Numbered from the stretch's first letter, positions 8,753-18,695 are shown. The stretch: 64,000 nucleotides of DNA from an uncultured Verrucomicrobiae bacterium (GCA_963837955.1 CAWIPH010000002.1:2176001-2240000), one strand, 5' to 3'. Translations and numbers: made by a program. The notes: generated by a model not told the origin, from the sequence alone.

Positions 8753-9562
8753 TCACCCGGTCACGCTATCGCTCTCTGGTTCAAACAGCGACATCAACGC
8801 GGGATACAGAGTCGGCGGACCCGCGATCACGCGATTTCCCTTCCATAACCCGTCATCCGAAAGGAAGTCGCTGATGGTGCCACCTGCAGCCTGGACGACC
8901 GCGAGTGCACCCAGGCAATCCCAGGAATTTATATGTGGCTCGACATACCCGATCAGGCGTCCGCACGCGACATAGCAGAGTGTCAGTGCACCTGAACCGT
9001 CACGATAAAACATCGCGCCGCGGTGAAGTAACCTGGAGAAGAGCGGAAGGAATTGGTCAGGTCGCACCCGTGGCGAATAGCCGACTCCGACAATGCCATC
9101 GGTCAAACGAGCCGCGGCGCTCACTTGGATTGTCCTTCCATTTAAAGTTGCCCCTTGCTGTTGCCCGCCAGCAAACAATTCGTCGCGAGCTGGACTGTAC
9201 ACAAAACCCATCTCCAATCTGCCGTTAAGGACGAAGGCCATTGACACGCACCAACCTGTCATGCCGCTAATGAAGGGTTGGGTGCCATCGATCGGATCCA
9301 CTACCCAAATACCTTGACCGGAAGTGAACTGAGTGTGCCCCGTCTCTTCACCGAGAAAAGCGTCCTCTGGAAACCGAGCCTCAATCCGATTGCGAATAAG
9401 TAACTCCGTATTGAGGTCCGCCTCGCTGGCCATGTCCTGCTGGCCTTTGGTTTTTACGACCAGGGTATCCAGGCGCCGGAAATAGTTGAGAGCGAGTTCG
9501 CCGGCCTCTTGGATGAGACTGGACCCGAAATCAAAGCGTTCACGGAACAATGGAGTGCTCAT
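8753..9562 (-). CDS. Inositol monophosphatase family protein
   Basis: FLGEE, WVVDPIDGT, WDCLG motifs; start taken at MSTPLF (9562) to avoid overlap with the ROK kinase. Confidence 0.93.
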   Translation of the reverse strand: MSTPLFRERFDFGSSLIQEAGELALNYFRRLDTLVVKTKGQQDMASEADLNTELLIRNRIEARFPEDAFLGEETGHTQFTSGQGIWVVDPIDGTQPFISGMTGWCVSMAFVLNGRLEMGFVYSPARDELFAGGQQQGATLNGRTIQVSAAARLTDGIVGVGYSPRVRPDQFLPLFSRLLHRGAMFYRDGSGALTLCYVACGRLIGYVEPHINSWDCLGALAVVQAAGGTISDFLSDDGLWKGNRVIAGPPTLYPALMSLFEPESDSVTG

Positions 9563-9617
9563 AGAAAAGCTCATTGAAAGTTGAGATATTTTGGACCGAG
9601 AAAAAGGGCAAGCCGAG

Positions 9618-10517
9618 TTAATATTCCTTCCAGAGCCAAGCGGCGCCGCGTACCCCGCTGGAGTCACCGTGCATCGCCTTGCGAATAGGCGTTTCGAATA
9701 CCGTTGAGAAGGTATATTGCGCCAGTTCCGGCGGAAGGTCGGTATAGAGCTCGTCCACGTTGGACATTCCGCCTCCTATAACGAAAATGTCCGGATCGAG
9801 CGCATTGACGACCAGCGACAAACCGCGCCCAAGCCGGTTGATGTAACGGCGCCAGACTAGCTGAGCGAGGCGATCCCCGTTGCGCATTTTTGCAATAATG
9901 CCGTCTGCCGTTAGTTCGGTCTCAGTATGCCGAGCATAATCAGCCTGGAAAGCGCGTCCGGAGATCCAGCTGGCCAGACAACCATGTTTACCGCAAAAAC
10001 AAGGTGGCCCTGGGATCTCCGTAACGTCTGGGATGGGCAACGGATTGTGACCCCATTCGCCTGCGCTGTTGTTAGGTCCGTGATGTGCCTGTCCGCCGAT
10101 GGCAATGCCGGCTCCCGCACTGCTGCCAAGAATGACCGCAAAAACGACGTTGTAGCCGGCACCTGCTCCGTCAACTGCCTCAGACGCGGCCAAGCAATCT
10201 GCATCGTTCTCGACTCGAATTTCGCGTTGAAGCGCGGCGCGAAGATCTTGCTCAACCGGCTGCCCAAGCAGCCAGGTAGAACTCGCTCCCTTACCTAGGC
10301 GCGATTTCGGCTCGAGTGATCCAGGTATGCCGATACCGACCGTACCACTCTGTCTCGTCTCCTGCTCGATCCGCTTGACTAGGTCAGTGATCACTCGGAT
10401 GCAGCCCTGATAATCGTGCCGGGGTGTGTCTTCGCGCAGGCGGATAATTTCCTTGCCTTGATCCGTAAGGGCGATCCCCTCGATCTTCGTCCCGCCCCAG
10501 TCGATACCGATGAACAT
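9618..10517 (-). CDS. ROK family sugar kinase (fructokinase/Mak-like)
   Basis: GIDWGGTK, ENDADC, AGEWGH, CFCGKHGC zinc motif, GVRGAAWLW. Confidence 0.93.
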   Translation of the reverse strand: MFIGIDWGGTKIEGIALTDQGKEIIRLREDTPRHDYQGCIRVITDLVKRIEQETRQSGTVGIGIPGSLEPKSRLGKGASSTWLLGQPVEQDLRAALQREIRVENDADCLAASEAVDGAGAGYNVVFAVILGSSAGAGIAIGGQAHHGPNNSAGEWGHNPLPIPDVTEIPGPPCFCGKHGCLASWISGRAFQADYARHTETELTADGIIAKMRNGDRLAQLVWRRYINRLGRGLSLVVNALDPDIFVIGGGMSNVDELYTDLPPELAQYTFSTVFETPIRKAMHGDSSGVRGAAWLWKEY

Positions 10518-10575
10518 ATACGCGGTTTGTTTTTATTGTGGCTCGCACCCCCGGTGCGGATCCGACTTGCCAAGC

Positions 10576-11829
10576 TTAAGTATTGATCTGAAACAGGAGA
10601 TCCCGGTCTTGCGAAAAATCGGCCAGAAAGGGCAGGCTAGCCGCTCCCAACACGCGGGCATCGCTGCCAATCATACCTTCAACGATGTCTACTGGAGCGA
10701 CTCCCTGCGTCTCCATGCGCGCGAACTTCTCGCGGGTTAGCTGAACGACAGCGGACCGTATCGATTTGGGAAAAGCCCCGTCGATTACGATCGCCTCGAA
10801 ATCAATTACGGAAATGGCCGAAACGATTGCCATACTGAGACTATCCGTTGCCCGCCGGATCCAGACGTCCAAAGTGGCGCCGGCTTCCCTCCATTCGTCC
10901 GACGAGTGCCACAGGATCGCAGGATCTTTGGCCTCGTTCCTCATCATATTCTCAAGAAGGTAGATGGATGCGCAGCGAATCAGGCTTTGGGGCGAGTGGC
11001 TGTTTGAGGGATCCGGCACTAAAACCGAACCGAAAGCGCCGGCGTTCCCGGTACGTCCTGGATAGAGGCTGCCGTCCAGAACGACCCCGCCTCCAACCAG
11101 CGTAGCAATGAAGATATAGAGAAAATTTGCGTAACGTGCGCCGCTCCCAAACGCGAGTTCCGCTCCGCAGGCCGCTGTTGCGTCGTTACAGAAGTGGACG
11201 GGCCAGGGGACGAGCTTCGCGACCCCAGCTCTAATGTCGTATGTGCGCCAAGCCTCGACCACCTCGTGCGGCGCGCCGACTTCCGCCTCCCAGCCCCACA
11301 TTTCAAACGGCGCCGCTATACCAACTCCACAGATTTTCCCGCGCTGCTGTTCGCTCAGATCGGCTGTGATCTCGGCAACGCCTGATCGAATAAATCGCTC
11401 CAAATCATCGGGTGCGGGATAAGCGTAGGTCGTTCGCACTATGCGACGACCTGTTCCGACGAAATCCATCAGCACAAGATCCGCGCTGCGCCGGCCAAAT
11501 TTGAAGCCGATCGAGAAGGCGCCTTCTGGATTCAGCGACATGGGAATTGAGGGCTGTCCGACCTTGCCGCGCATCGGCTCCTTCCGTACCAACAAACCAT
11601 CGTCCTCAAGTTGCTTCATGATCACCGAACTGGTCTGGGTCGACAGTCCGGTGCGCCGTGCAATCTCGGTTTTTGAAAGACTTCCGTGCCTGCGAATCAG
11701 GGAAAGAACCAAACTTTTATTGTATAGCTTGACGCCAGATTGGTTCGTACCGCGGCTCGCATCCGCACTTTTGGGGGAGACCAATGGAGATGAGGATGTG
11801 CGATTGCGCATACTTCGGTTCAGCACCAT
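10576..11829 (-). CDS. ROK family transcriptional repressor (FrcR-like)
   Basis: N-terminal wHTH (LSKTEIARRTGLS), GKVGQPS, NDATAACGAEL, GNAGAFGS. Confidence 0.92.
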   Translation of the reverse strand: MVLNRSMRNRTSSSPLVSPKSADASRGTNQSGVKLYNKSLVLSLIRRHGSLSKTEIARRTGLSTQTSSVIMKQLEDDGLLVRKEPMRGKVGQPSIPMSLNPEGAFSIGFKFGRRSADLVLMDFVGTGRRIVRTTYAYPAPDDLERFIRSGVAEITADLSEQQRGKICGVGIAAPFEMWGWEAEVGAPHEVVEAWRTYDIRAGVAKLVPWPVHFCNDATAACGAELAFGSGARYANFLYIFIATLVGGGVVLDGSLYPGRTGNAGAFGSVLVPDPSNSHSPQSLIRCASIYLLENMMRNEAKDPAILWHSSDEWREAGATLDVWIRRATDSLSMAIVSAISVIDFEAIVIDGAFPKSIRSAVVQLTREKFARMETQGVAPVDIVEGMIGSDARVLGAASLPFLADFSQDRDLLFQINT

Positions 11830-11911
11830 TGGCTGATCGTGGGCTCGGCCGTCTTCAATGACTTCGGTTGCCAGCTAGCCGGAACGGGTTGATTTCGCTG
11901 GCCGCCTGGGA

Positions 11912-11995
11912 ATCGTAGAAAGGGAAGGGCGGCGGGTCAATAATAAATCATCCCGATTTATTTAAATTGACACCTTTATACTCTAATCGCAGAAT
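11912..11995. promoter_or_regulatory. Back-to-back sigma70 promoters flanking a palindromic operator
   Basis: + strand TTGACA (11967-72), 17 bp, CAGAAT (11990-95); - strand TTGACC (11940-35), 17 bp, TACGAT (11917-12); AATAAATC-N5-GATTTATT at 11942-11962. Confidence 0.8.
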
Positions 11996-12186
11996 GCATG
12001 AAACTTAGGCGCCACCTAAACTAAGGCCACGTAAGGGCTAAGAGTCGCTTAGGCCAGATCCCCAGAACCTCCAAGAACTGCCGCTTTCTGAAGATTCTTG
12101 ATCCAAGCTGCTATTCTCAAGTAGGTCCACGCTTTTTCAGATTTTTACAGAATCGAAATCAACCCCCCCCAGCAAAGGTAAACTAC

Positions 12187-13374
12187 ATGCGTATTGGTAC
12201 TATTCGCGCTGCAGCGCTTCGCATCGCCAAAATTAACGGCGGTGAAACTTACAATAGGAATGAACGATGGATCCCGAGGGACAGGCAAGAAGCTTCTTGC
12301 CAAACTCAAGACGGCCCGCGAGCCAGACTATCAGTTATATTTGCGGCTGTGGCTGCATCAGCCCTTGTAGTCTTAAGTGGCGGAATAACAGCCGCGAATG
12401 CCGCCGATCAGATATTGATCGGATTAGTGACTAAGACGGAGGTTAATCCGTATTTCGTCAAGCTACGGCAGGCGGCTACGGCCGAGACCGAGAAGCAAGG
12501 TGCAAAGCTGATCGCCCGATTTGGTAAGTTTGACGGTGACAATGAGGGGCAGGTAGCCGCCGTGGAGGACCTGATCAGTGCCGGCGTCAAGGGCATCTTG
12601 ATCACTCCCAACAACTCCACCGGAATGCTTGGGATAATCAAGAAGGCGCGTGAAAAGGGTATTCTTGTGATCGCTCTCGATACAGCAACGGACCCAGCGG
12701 ATGCCGTCGATGCCACCTTGGCCACAGACAATTTCGAAGCCGGAGTGCTACAGGGCCAGTACGCCAAAAAAGCTCTTGGGAGCAAAGCTCCGAAGCTGGC
12801 CATGCTCGACGGCACACCTGGCGGGACCGTGGATACGCAGCGGCATGATGGATTCCTGAAAGGCTTTGGGCTGAAGGAAGGTGACCCGGCAATCGTTGGT
12901 AAACAGAATACGCACGGTGCTCAGGACGAAGGGCAAACCGCGATGGAAAACCTTCTCACGGCGCACCCCGACATTAATGTAGTATACACTATCAATGAGC
13001 CGGCGGCGGAGGGAGCCTACGCGGCAATCAAGGCTCGCGGCAAAACGAAAGACATCGTTTTGACTTCGATCGACGGAGGTCGGCTCGGTGTTCAATACGT
13101 TAAGGACGGCAAGATAGCAGCGACAGTCATGCAATTCCCGAAGCTCATGGCCACTCGAGGCGTTGACTATGTGGTTGAGTACGTAAAATCGGGAAAGAAG
13201 CCGAGCGGGTTCATCAACACTGGCGCCAGTTTAATCTCTGACAAACCTTTCTCGGGTCTTCCCATAAAGGATACGAAATGGGGCTTGGAAAACTGCTGGG
13301 GACTAGTCACACCGGCAGTTGCTTTGGACAAGCTCGTTGCGCGCGCGACTGAACCCTCGGATTCGCGCCCCTAG
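12187..13374 (+). CDS. Sugar ABC transporter substrate-binding protein (FrcB-like)
   Basis: LVTKTEVNPYFVK, DGDNEGQVAAVE, VIALDT, ATDNFEAG, YTINEPAA, QFP; start uncertain (long N-terminal extension). Confidence 0.9.
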   Translation: MRIGTIRAAALRIAKINGGETYNRNERWIPRDRQEASCQTQDGPRARLSVIFAAVAASALVVLSGGITAANAADQILIGLVTKTEVNPYFVKLRQAATAETEKQGAKLIARFGKFDGDNEGQVAAVEDLISAGVKGILITPNNSTGMLGIIKKAREKGILVIALDTATDPADAVDATLATDNFEAGVLQGQYAKKALGSKAPKLAMLDGTPGGTVDTQRHDGFLKGFGLKEGDPAIVGKQNTHGAQDEGQTAMENLLTAHPDINVVYTINEPAAEGAYAAIKARGKTKDIVLTSIDGGRLGVQYVKDGKIAATVMQFPKLMATRGVDYVVEYVKSGKKPSGFINTGASLISDKPFSGLPIKDTKWGLENCWGLVTPAVALDKLVARATEPSDSRP

Positions 13375-13409
13375 TTTGCATCCGGTAATGGCTCGATAGA
13401 GTACGGGAA

Positions 13410-14414
13410 ATGGGCACCGGACCCACGAGCGTGAGCAGCGTAGTGAGGCCGAACCGCACAAGGGTGGGGTTCGGCCGGATTATCACTACGCCAACGTTTG
13501 GACCGCTGATGGTTTTGGTGGTCTTCTGCGCGGTGTTCTCACTGACCACGCGCACGTTCTGGGCGCCCGGTAATCTCTCGCTCGTTGTCCAGCAGAGCGT
13601 CATCGTGGGGACGCTGGCGATCGGCCAAACGATGATCATCCTGACGGCCGGGATCGACTTGGCCAATGGCGGTATCGCCGTCCTCGGAACTATCATTGCA
13701 GGCCGATTGGTGGCCCAAGAGCAAAATCCAGCGCTATCTCTGCTCTTTGCGCTCGTTCTCTGCACCTGCTTCGGATTAACGGCCGGGTTGCTGGTCAGCA
13801 GGTTGATGTTGCCGCCGTTCATTGTGACGCTCGGATTGCTCGGGATTATCACCGCGATCACCCGCCTGGTAGCACAGGGTGGAGCTTTTCCTGTTACCGA
13901 CGACTTGCTTTCGTGGACCGGGAATGCTTTCGCAGTTGGCGATACTTCGATCACGTACGGCATGATTGTCATGTTTTGCCTGTACGGCCTCGTGTGGTAT
14001 TTACTCACCCAGACCGCCTGGGGCCGGCATGTCTATGCGATCGGAAACAATCGCGAAGCGGCTCGCCTCGTGGGTATCCCGGTGCAGGCCAGGTTACTTT
14101 CGGTCTATACATTCGCAGGCTTGCTGTACGGAATCGGGGCATGGTTGGCGTTGGGTCGCATTCCGAACGCCGATCCGAATGCGTTGCAAAACGCTAACCT
14201 GGACAGCATCACGGCAGTCGTTATTGGTGGAACTAGCCTGTTCGGCGGACGCGGAAGCTTATGGGGAACTCTCATCGGAACATTAATCGTGGCCGTACTT
14301 CGAAACGGTCTGACCCTCACCGGGATTGACCCGCTTTGGCAGGATCTTGTCACCGGTATATTGGTGATCAGTGCGGTTGCTCTGGATCAAGTTTCAAGAA
14401 GGAGGCAGCGATGA
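13410..14414 (+). CDS. Sugar ABC transporter permease (FrcC-like)
   Basis: ILTAGIDL, PPFIVTLG, WGRHVYAIGNN.EAARL, ITAVVIGGTSLFGGRG. Confidence 0.93.
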   Translation: MGTGPTSVSSVVRPNRTRVGFGRIITTPTFGPLMVLVVFCAVFSLTTRTFWAPGNLSLVVQQSVIVGTLAIGQTMIILTAGIDLANGGIAVLGTIIAGRLVAQEQNPALSLLFALVLCTCFGLTAGLLVSRLMLPPFIVTLGLLGIITAITRLVAQGGAFPVTDDLLSWTGNAFAVGDTSITYGMIVMFCLYGLVWYLLTQTAWGRHVYAIGNNREAARLVGIPVQARLLSVYTFAGLLYGIGAWLALGRIPNADPNALQNANLDSITAVVIGGTSLFGGRGSLWGTLIGTLIVAVLRNGLTLTGIDPLWQDLVTGILVISAVALDQVSRRRQR

Positions 14415-15235
14415 CCAAGAAGAGTGAAGACGCGGTTTCGGTCGAGCGGAATGCCGTTGTTCTAGCGGCCCGAGGCATTGTTAAACGTTACGGGCACGTC
14501 ACGGCACTGAATGGCGCGGACTTGGAACTGCGAGCAGGAGAGATCCTTGCGTTAGTGGGTGATAACGGGGCCGGAAAGAGTACGCTAATTAAAGTGCTCT
14601 GTGGTGCGGTCGTTCCGGACGCCGGAGAGGTTTTGCTGGATGGCGAGCCGGTTCATTTCCGTAGTCCGTTGGATGCTCGCAAGCGTGGGATTGAAACCGT
14701 GTACCAGGATCTCGCGGTGGCTCCCGCTCTCGACATAGCCAGCAACTTGTTCCTGGGTCGGGAGGTGCGGCGCGCCGGCCTGCTCGGTTCCTGCTTCAGG
14801 TTACTCGACAAGAGCAGGATGAGGCGCGAAGCCAAGCGAGAAATGGAAGAACTGAAGTTCAATCTTCCTTCCATCGACAGTACGGTCGAGAAGCTTTCTG
14901 GCGGACAACGTCAAGGAGTGGCCGTGGCGCGGGCCGCGATCTTTGCCCGCCGGCTGGTGATTATGGACGAGCCGACCGCTGCGCTGGGAGTTCGTGAGTC
15001 CGGACAGGTCTTGAATCTGATCCGCAGCATCCGCGACCGAGGGCTGGCAGTCATCCTCATCAGCCACGATATGCCGCATGTTTTCGAAGTGGCGGACCGC
15101 ATCCAAATCATGCGCCTTGGCCGGCGGGCTGCGGTCGCGACTCCGCAGCAACATACCATGTCCGAAGTCGTGGCGATCATGACCGGCGCGGCGAGCGGAG
15201 ATCAGCCGCCTGCTCCACCGAACGGTACGGGGTAA
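14411..15235 (+). CDS. Sugar ABC transporter ATP-binding protein, single NBD (FrcA-like)
   Basis: GDNGAGKS, LSGGQ, IMDEPT; ATG at 14411 overlaps the permease stop (ATGA). Confidence 0.94.
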   Translation: MTKKSEDAVSVERNAVVLAARGIVKRYGHVTALNGADLELRAGEILALVGDNGAGKSTLIKVLCGAVVPDAGEVLLDGEPVHFRSPLDARKRGIETVYQDLAVAPALDIASNLFLGREVRRAGLLGSCFRLLDKSRMRREAKREMEELKFNLPSIDSTVEKLSGGQRQGVAVARAAIFARRLVIMDEPTAALGVRESGQVLNLIRSIRDRGLAVILISHDMPHVFEVADRIQIMRLGRRAAVATPQQHTMSEVVAIMTGAASGDQPPAPPNGTG

Positions 15236-15252
15236 CCCTCTCCGAGGACCTT

Positions 15253-15490
15253 CCGCAGAGGGATAATCCGCAGATTACACAGAGGAATAATCCGCAGATT
15301 TCGCAGATTACACAGATTTTCCTGAAGACCTGACGGGGCGCTGAAGGCGAAGGGAGGCTTAGTCTCTCGGTGGGAAGCTCGGGTAAATGAATACGTTCAA
15401 CTGCCGGCAGCTTGCTAGGCTACGCGAACAGCCCCCGGTACAGGAATCCAATGCATTAATCTGTGTAATCTGCGGATTATTCCTCTGCGG
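15253..15490. repeat. Inverted pair of AATCTG(C/T)G-type repeats (MITE-like)
   Basis: ccgcagagggataatccgcagattacacag... at 15253-15320 and the inverse aatctgtgtaatctgcggattattcctctgcgg at 15458-15490. Confidence 0.8.
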
Positions 15491-15555
15491 ATGCGGCCTC
15501 GCTGCGGACAGTATGGGTTGCCAGTCTTGGCGTTAGGGCTCTATGATCTGCGGCC

Positions 15556-16569
15556 ATGGGAACATTGCGCGTTCAAAAATTAGCCGCGATTGTTGGACAG
15601 TTTTTTGCCTGGCTGGTGCTTCTTTTTCTGCATGCCTGGGCGACGCTGGCGATCTACTTCGCCAATTTTCATCAACCGCTCGCCAGAATTTTGGTTCCTC
15701 TCGCCTACGTGTTCTTGTTGGTCTTGCTGGTGATCTTCGTTCGCGGACGGTTCTTCCGCCTGGTCGCTGTTGCCGTTGTCTTCATCTTTGCCGCCTTGTG
15801 GTGGATGTGTATCCAACCGACCGGGCGTGGGGATTATCTTCCATCGGTAGCAGTGCTGGCTTATCCCGAATTCCACGGAGATCTGGTGACTATCCACAAC
15901 CTGCGCAATTTCGATTATCGGACGAGAGACGATTATGATATTCGATACGAGGATCGGACGTATGATCTAAACCGGCTAAAGCACGTCGATTTTCTGATCA
16001 ATTATTGGGATGGAAACCGGGATACAGCGCACACAGCATTGAGCTTTGGATTCGACGACGGTCAATACGTAGCCGTGTCGATCGAAATTCGTGGCCAGAA
16101 AGGGGATACCTACGAATTTCTGCGGGGATTGTTCAAACAGTTTGAACTCTTCTACGTCATCGGTGATGAACGCGATTTGATCCGGGTCCGAACCAACTAC
16201 CAGAACGAAGAGGTTCATCTTTACCGGACGAACCGTACCCCCCAGAACGCGCGAAAATTGTTTGTGGATTTTTTGCAAGGCGCAGAGACGCTTCGGGCCC
16301 ATCCACGCTTTTACAACACGCTCTTCTGTAACTGCACCACGACGCTGATTGAGCACGTCAATCATGTGTTACCCACCAAGGTCCCGTTTTGGCAGCGGCG
16401 GATGATGAACGGTTACACCGATCACGCTGCATTTCAGAATGGTTGGCTAGCCGGCAACGGAGGTTTTGACGAACTCCGATTAAAATCAAACATTAATGAG
16501 CGAGCGCAAAAGGCCGATCATGACCCCGATTTTTCGCGAAAGATCAGAACTCACTTCGACCAGGGGTAG
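15556..16569 (+). CDS. DUF4105 domain membrane protein
   Basis: Three N-terminal TM segments; NLRNFDY, AHTALSFGF, DERDLIRVRTN, FYNTLFCNCTT. Confidence 0.8.
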   Translation: MGTLRVQKLAAIVGQFFAWLVLLFLHAWATLAIYFANFHQPLARILVPLAYVFLLVLLVIFVRGRFFRLVAVAVVFIFAALWWMCIQPTGRGDYLPSVAVLAYPEFHGDLVTIHNLRNFDYRTRDDYDIRYEDRTYDLNRLKHVDFLINYWDGNRDTAHTALSFGFDDGQYVAVSIEIRGQKGDTYEFLRGLFKQFELFYVIGDERDLIRVRTNYQNEEVHLYRTNRTPQNARKLFVDFLQGAETLRAHPRFYNTLFCNCTTTLIEHVNHVLPTKVPFWQRRMMNGYTDHAAFQNGWLAGNGGFDELRLKSNINERAQKADHDPDFSRKIRTHFDQG

Positions 16570-16575
16570 TTAGCA

Positions 16576-17283
16576 ATGCGCGCTTGCACGATCAGTATTC
16601 CCGTTGATTCGGGAGCGGTTCGCGAGTTAGCGGCTCTGGTCGTCGAACCCAACTCGGATCAGGTCGTTGCTCCCGTTCTGTTATTTCTCCACGGAAAGGG
16701 TGAAGCCGGTTCGTCACCTGGCGCGCTCCCGTTAGTCTGTGTTCACGAGACGCCTCCATTTCAAGCGATGCTTGGTCGCCTTCCTGGAACCCTGGTTATC
16801 GCGCCCCAAGCACCGCCTGATCCGTCCTTTGACAAGTGGAACTGGCGTGACTACGTGGAGGGACTCGCTGGATTCTTAATAGATCGATATGCCAAGCGGC
16901 GGATAGTGGCGACCGGTTTTAGCCGGGGAGGGCTTGGCATACTCCAATTGGTATCGGCCTATCCAGATCTGGTGCAGGCGTGGGGTGTCGTTGATCCACA
17001 GCCGGCGCGGGATCAGCAGGAGACCGACAGCATTTTTCGAAGTCCAGCACTTGGGCGGGGTTGGCTTCGTTACGGTCTCTATCGCAAACGAGACGCTGCC
17101 TGGGAAACCTTCAGCTCTCTACTGTTTGACCACCTTCCGATCGAGAACCAGGATACGGCCGAACTCGCGCACGACCAAATGGCCTTGCAGGCGTATCGGG
17201 GCGCCTCGTTGAGTGTGGATGCTGGTAAAAAGAATCTCTACGACTCCCTGGGGTTGAAGTTTGACCCGGCGCCTGCTCTTTAA
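16576..17283 (+). CDS. Alpha/beta-hydrolase fold protein
   Basis: LLFLHGKGE, VIAPQ and TGFSRGG nucleophile elbow. Confidence 0.75.
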   Translation: MRACTISIPVDSGAVRELAALVVEPNSDQVVAPVLLFLHGKGEAGSSPGALPLVCVHETPPFQAMLGRLPGTLVIAPQAPPDPSFDKWNWRDYVEGLAGFLIDRYAKRRIVATGFSRGGLGILQLVSAYPDLVQAWGVVDPQPARDQQETDSIFRSPALGRGWLRYGLYRKRDAAWETFSSLLFDHLPIENQDTAELAHDQMALQAYRGASLSVDAGKKNLYDSLGLKFDPAPAL

Positions 17284-17293
17284 CTCGTTTTTT

Positions 17294-17362
17294 GCCCCGG
17301 AGGGGCGCTAGGGAGGGATCGCGTCCTCGCGATCCGCGGCGCACGAGGACGTGCGCCCTCCC
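17294..17362. repeat. Inverted REP doublet (GGAG + hairpin) between convergent genes
   Basis: gggagggatcgcgtcctcgcgatcc (17311-35) and, on the - strand, gggagggcgcacgtcctcgtgcgcc (17338-62); preceded by gccccggaggggc. Confidence 0.8.
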
Positions 17363-17438
17363 CGTCTTCATTGCCTTCCTGAAGGACGACTTCGGCGTAC
17401 GCGAAAACCACTTCCCAAATCTCGGCGAGAGGTGTCAC

Positions 17439-18695
17439 TCAGTCGGCGGCGCGTTCGACGGCAACCATGCAAACGTCGTCCTCGAAATGTTGTTGGGAGG
17501 AATAACGGCAAACTTCATCCACAACGGCAGAGAATAGCTGTTTGACCGGAAGGCCTGCTAAGCGACGAAGGCTGGAAACGAGAGCGTTCCGACCAAATTG
17601 GTTTCCTTCTGGAGAATCGACTTCGTACAGCCCGTCAGTGAAAAGTATCAGGCAGTCACTGGCCTCGAAAGGACAAGTGAACGTCGTGTATGAGATATCG
17701 TCAAAAACTCCTAAGGCCGGCCCCGATTTCGTTTTGTCATCGGTGATTAGCTCAGCGGCGTTTGGCTGACGCCGCAGCCGCACCGGAACCGGATGCGCAG
17801 CGTTCGCAAACTGGACGTCTTTGCTCGCCGCGTCGACAATCAGGTAGAAGGCCGTCGCGACGAAAGGTTCATCCACACGCTCCAGAATCACCCTCAGGCG
17901 TAGATTCAGCGCGCTGAGAAAACGCCCGGCATTAAACATGACTGGCCGAAGCTCTTCCAGCAAAGCCCGAATGATGGCAGTGACCAGCGCTGCCCGCAAT
18001 CCGTGTCCCATGACGTCACAGATAAAGACGCCGAGGCGGTTTTGGGAAAGAGGGAAAAAATCAAAAAAGTCGCCACCCACCGCCGCCGCGGGCCGGTAGT
18101 AGTGCGCGAAACTGAACGGGGGATGGCCGGAAACATCGTGTCCCGTAAGGGTAGGGTACTCGCGCGGCAAGAGGGCGAGTTGAACCTCGCGCGCCATGCG
18201 GAGATCGGCCTCGAACTGAGCGTTTCTGGCCTCAAGTTCGGCGGTCGTGATCCGCAGCCGGCGGCTCTCCTCCTCTAGGGCCTCCTCCATTCGCTTGATA
18301 GCCGTAAAGTCTTTGTTGATGCCACAGATGCCGATGATTTCTCCCCGCGAGTTCCTTAAGGGCAGCTTACTTGTGTAGTCCCAGGTGACTCGGCCGCTGG
18401 GATAAACGAGTTTTTCGACTTTGCCGACCAGTGGCTTCCCGGTCTCGAGGATCTGCTTTTCGTCTGAGGCTGCCTCCTGCGCGGTTTGCTCCGACCAGAA
18501 GTCAAAGTCACTCTTGCCGATGAGGTCAGCGGGGCTCGCGACGCCCATGAAGTTCGCCACCGCTCGGCTCGCGCAGATGAACCGGCCCGCGGTGTCTTTA
18601 AAATAAATTTGATCCGTGGCATTCTCGAGCAGGAACGCGAAAAGGTCCTGGCTGAGAGAAGGGTCATCCGGACGGAGGGGGGATAATTCTTTCAC
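17439..18695 (-). CDS. PAS domain + SpoIIE/PP2C serine phosphatase (RsbU/RsbP-like)
   Basis: PAS (IYFKDTAGRF...GKSDFDF...KLPLRN), coiled coil, AREVQLALLP, VGGDFFD, DVMGHG, LFTDGL, DDVCM; GTG start at 18695 inferred. Confidence 0.92.
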   Translation of the reverse strand: MKELSPLRPDDPSLSQDLFAFLLENATDQIYFKDTAGRFICASRAVANFMGVASPADLIGKSDFDFWSEQTAQEAASDEKQILETGKPLVGKVEKLVYPSGRVTWDYTSKLPLRNSRGEIIGICGINKDFTAIKRMEEALEEESRRLRITTAELEARNAQFEADLRMAREVQLALLPREYPTLTGHDVSGHPPFSFAHYYRPAAAVGGDFFDFFPLSQNRLGVFICDVMGHGLRAALVTAIIRALLEELRPVMFNAGRFLSALNLRLRVILERVDEPFVATAFYLIVDAASKDVQFANAAHPVPVRLRRQPNAAELITDDKTKSGPALGVFDDISYTTFTCPFEASDCLILFTDGLYEVDSPEGNQFGRNALVSSLRRLAGLPVKQLFSAVVDEVCRYSSQQHFEDDVCMVAVERAAD

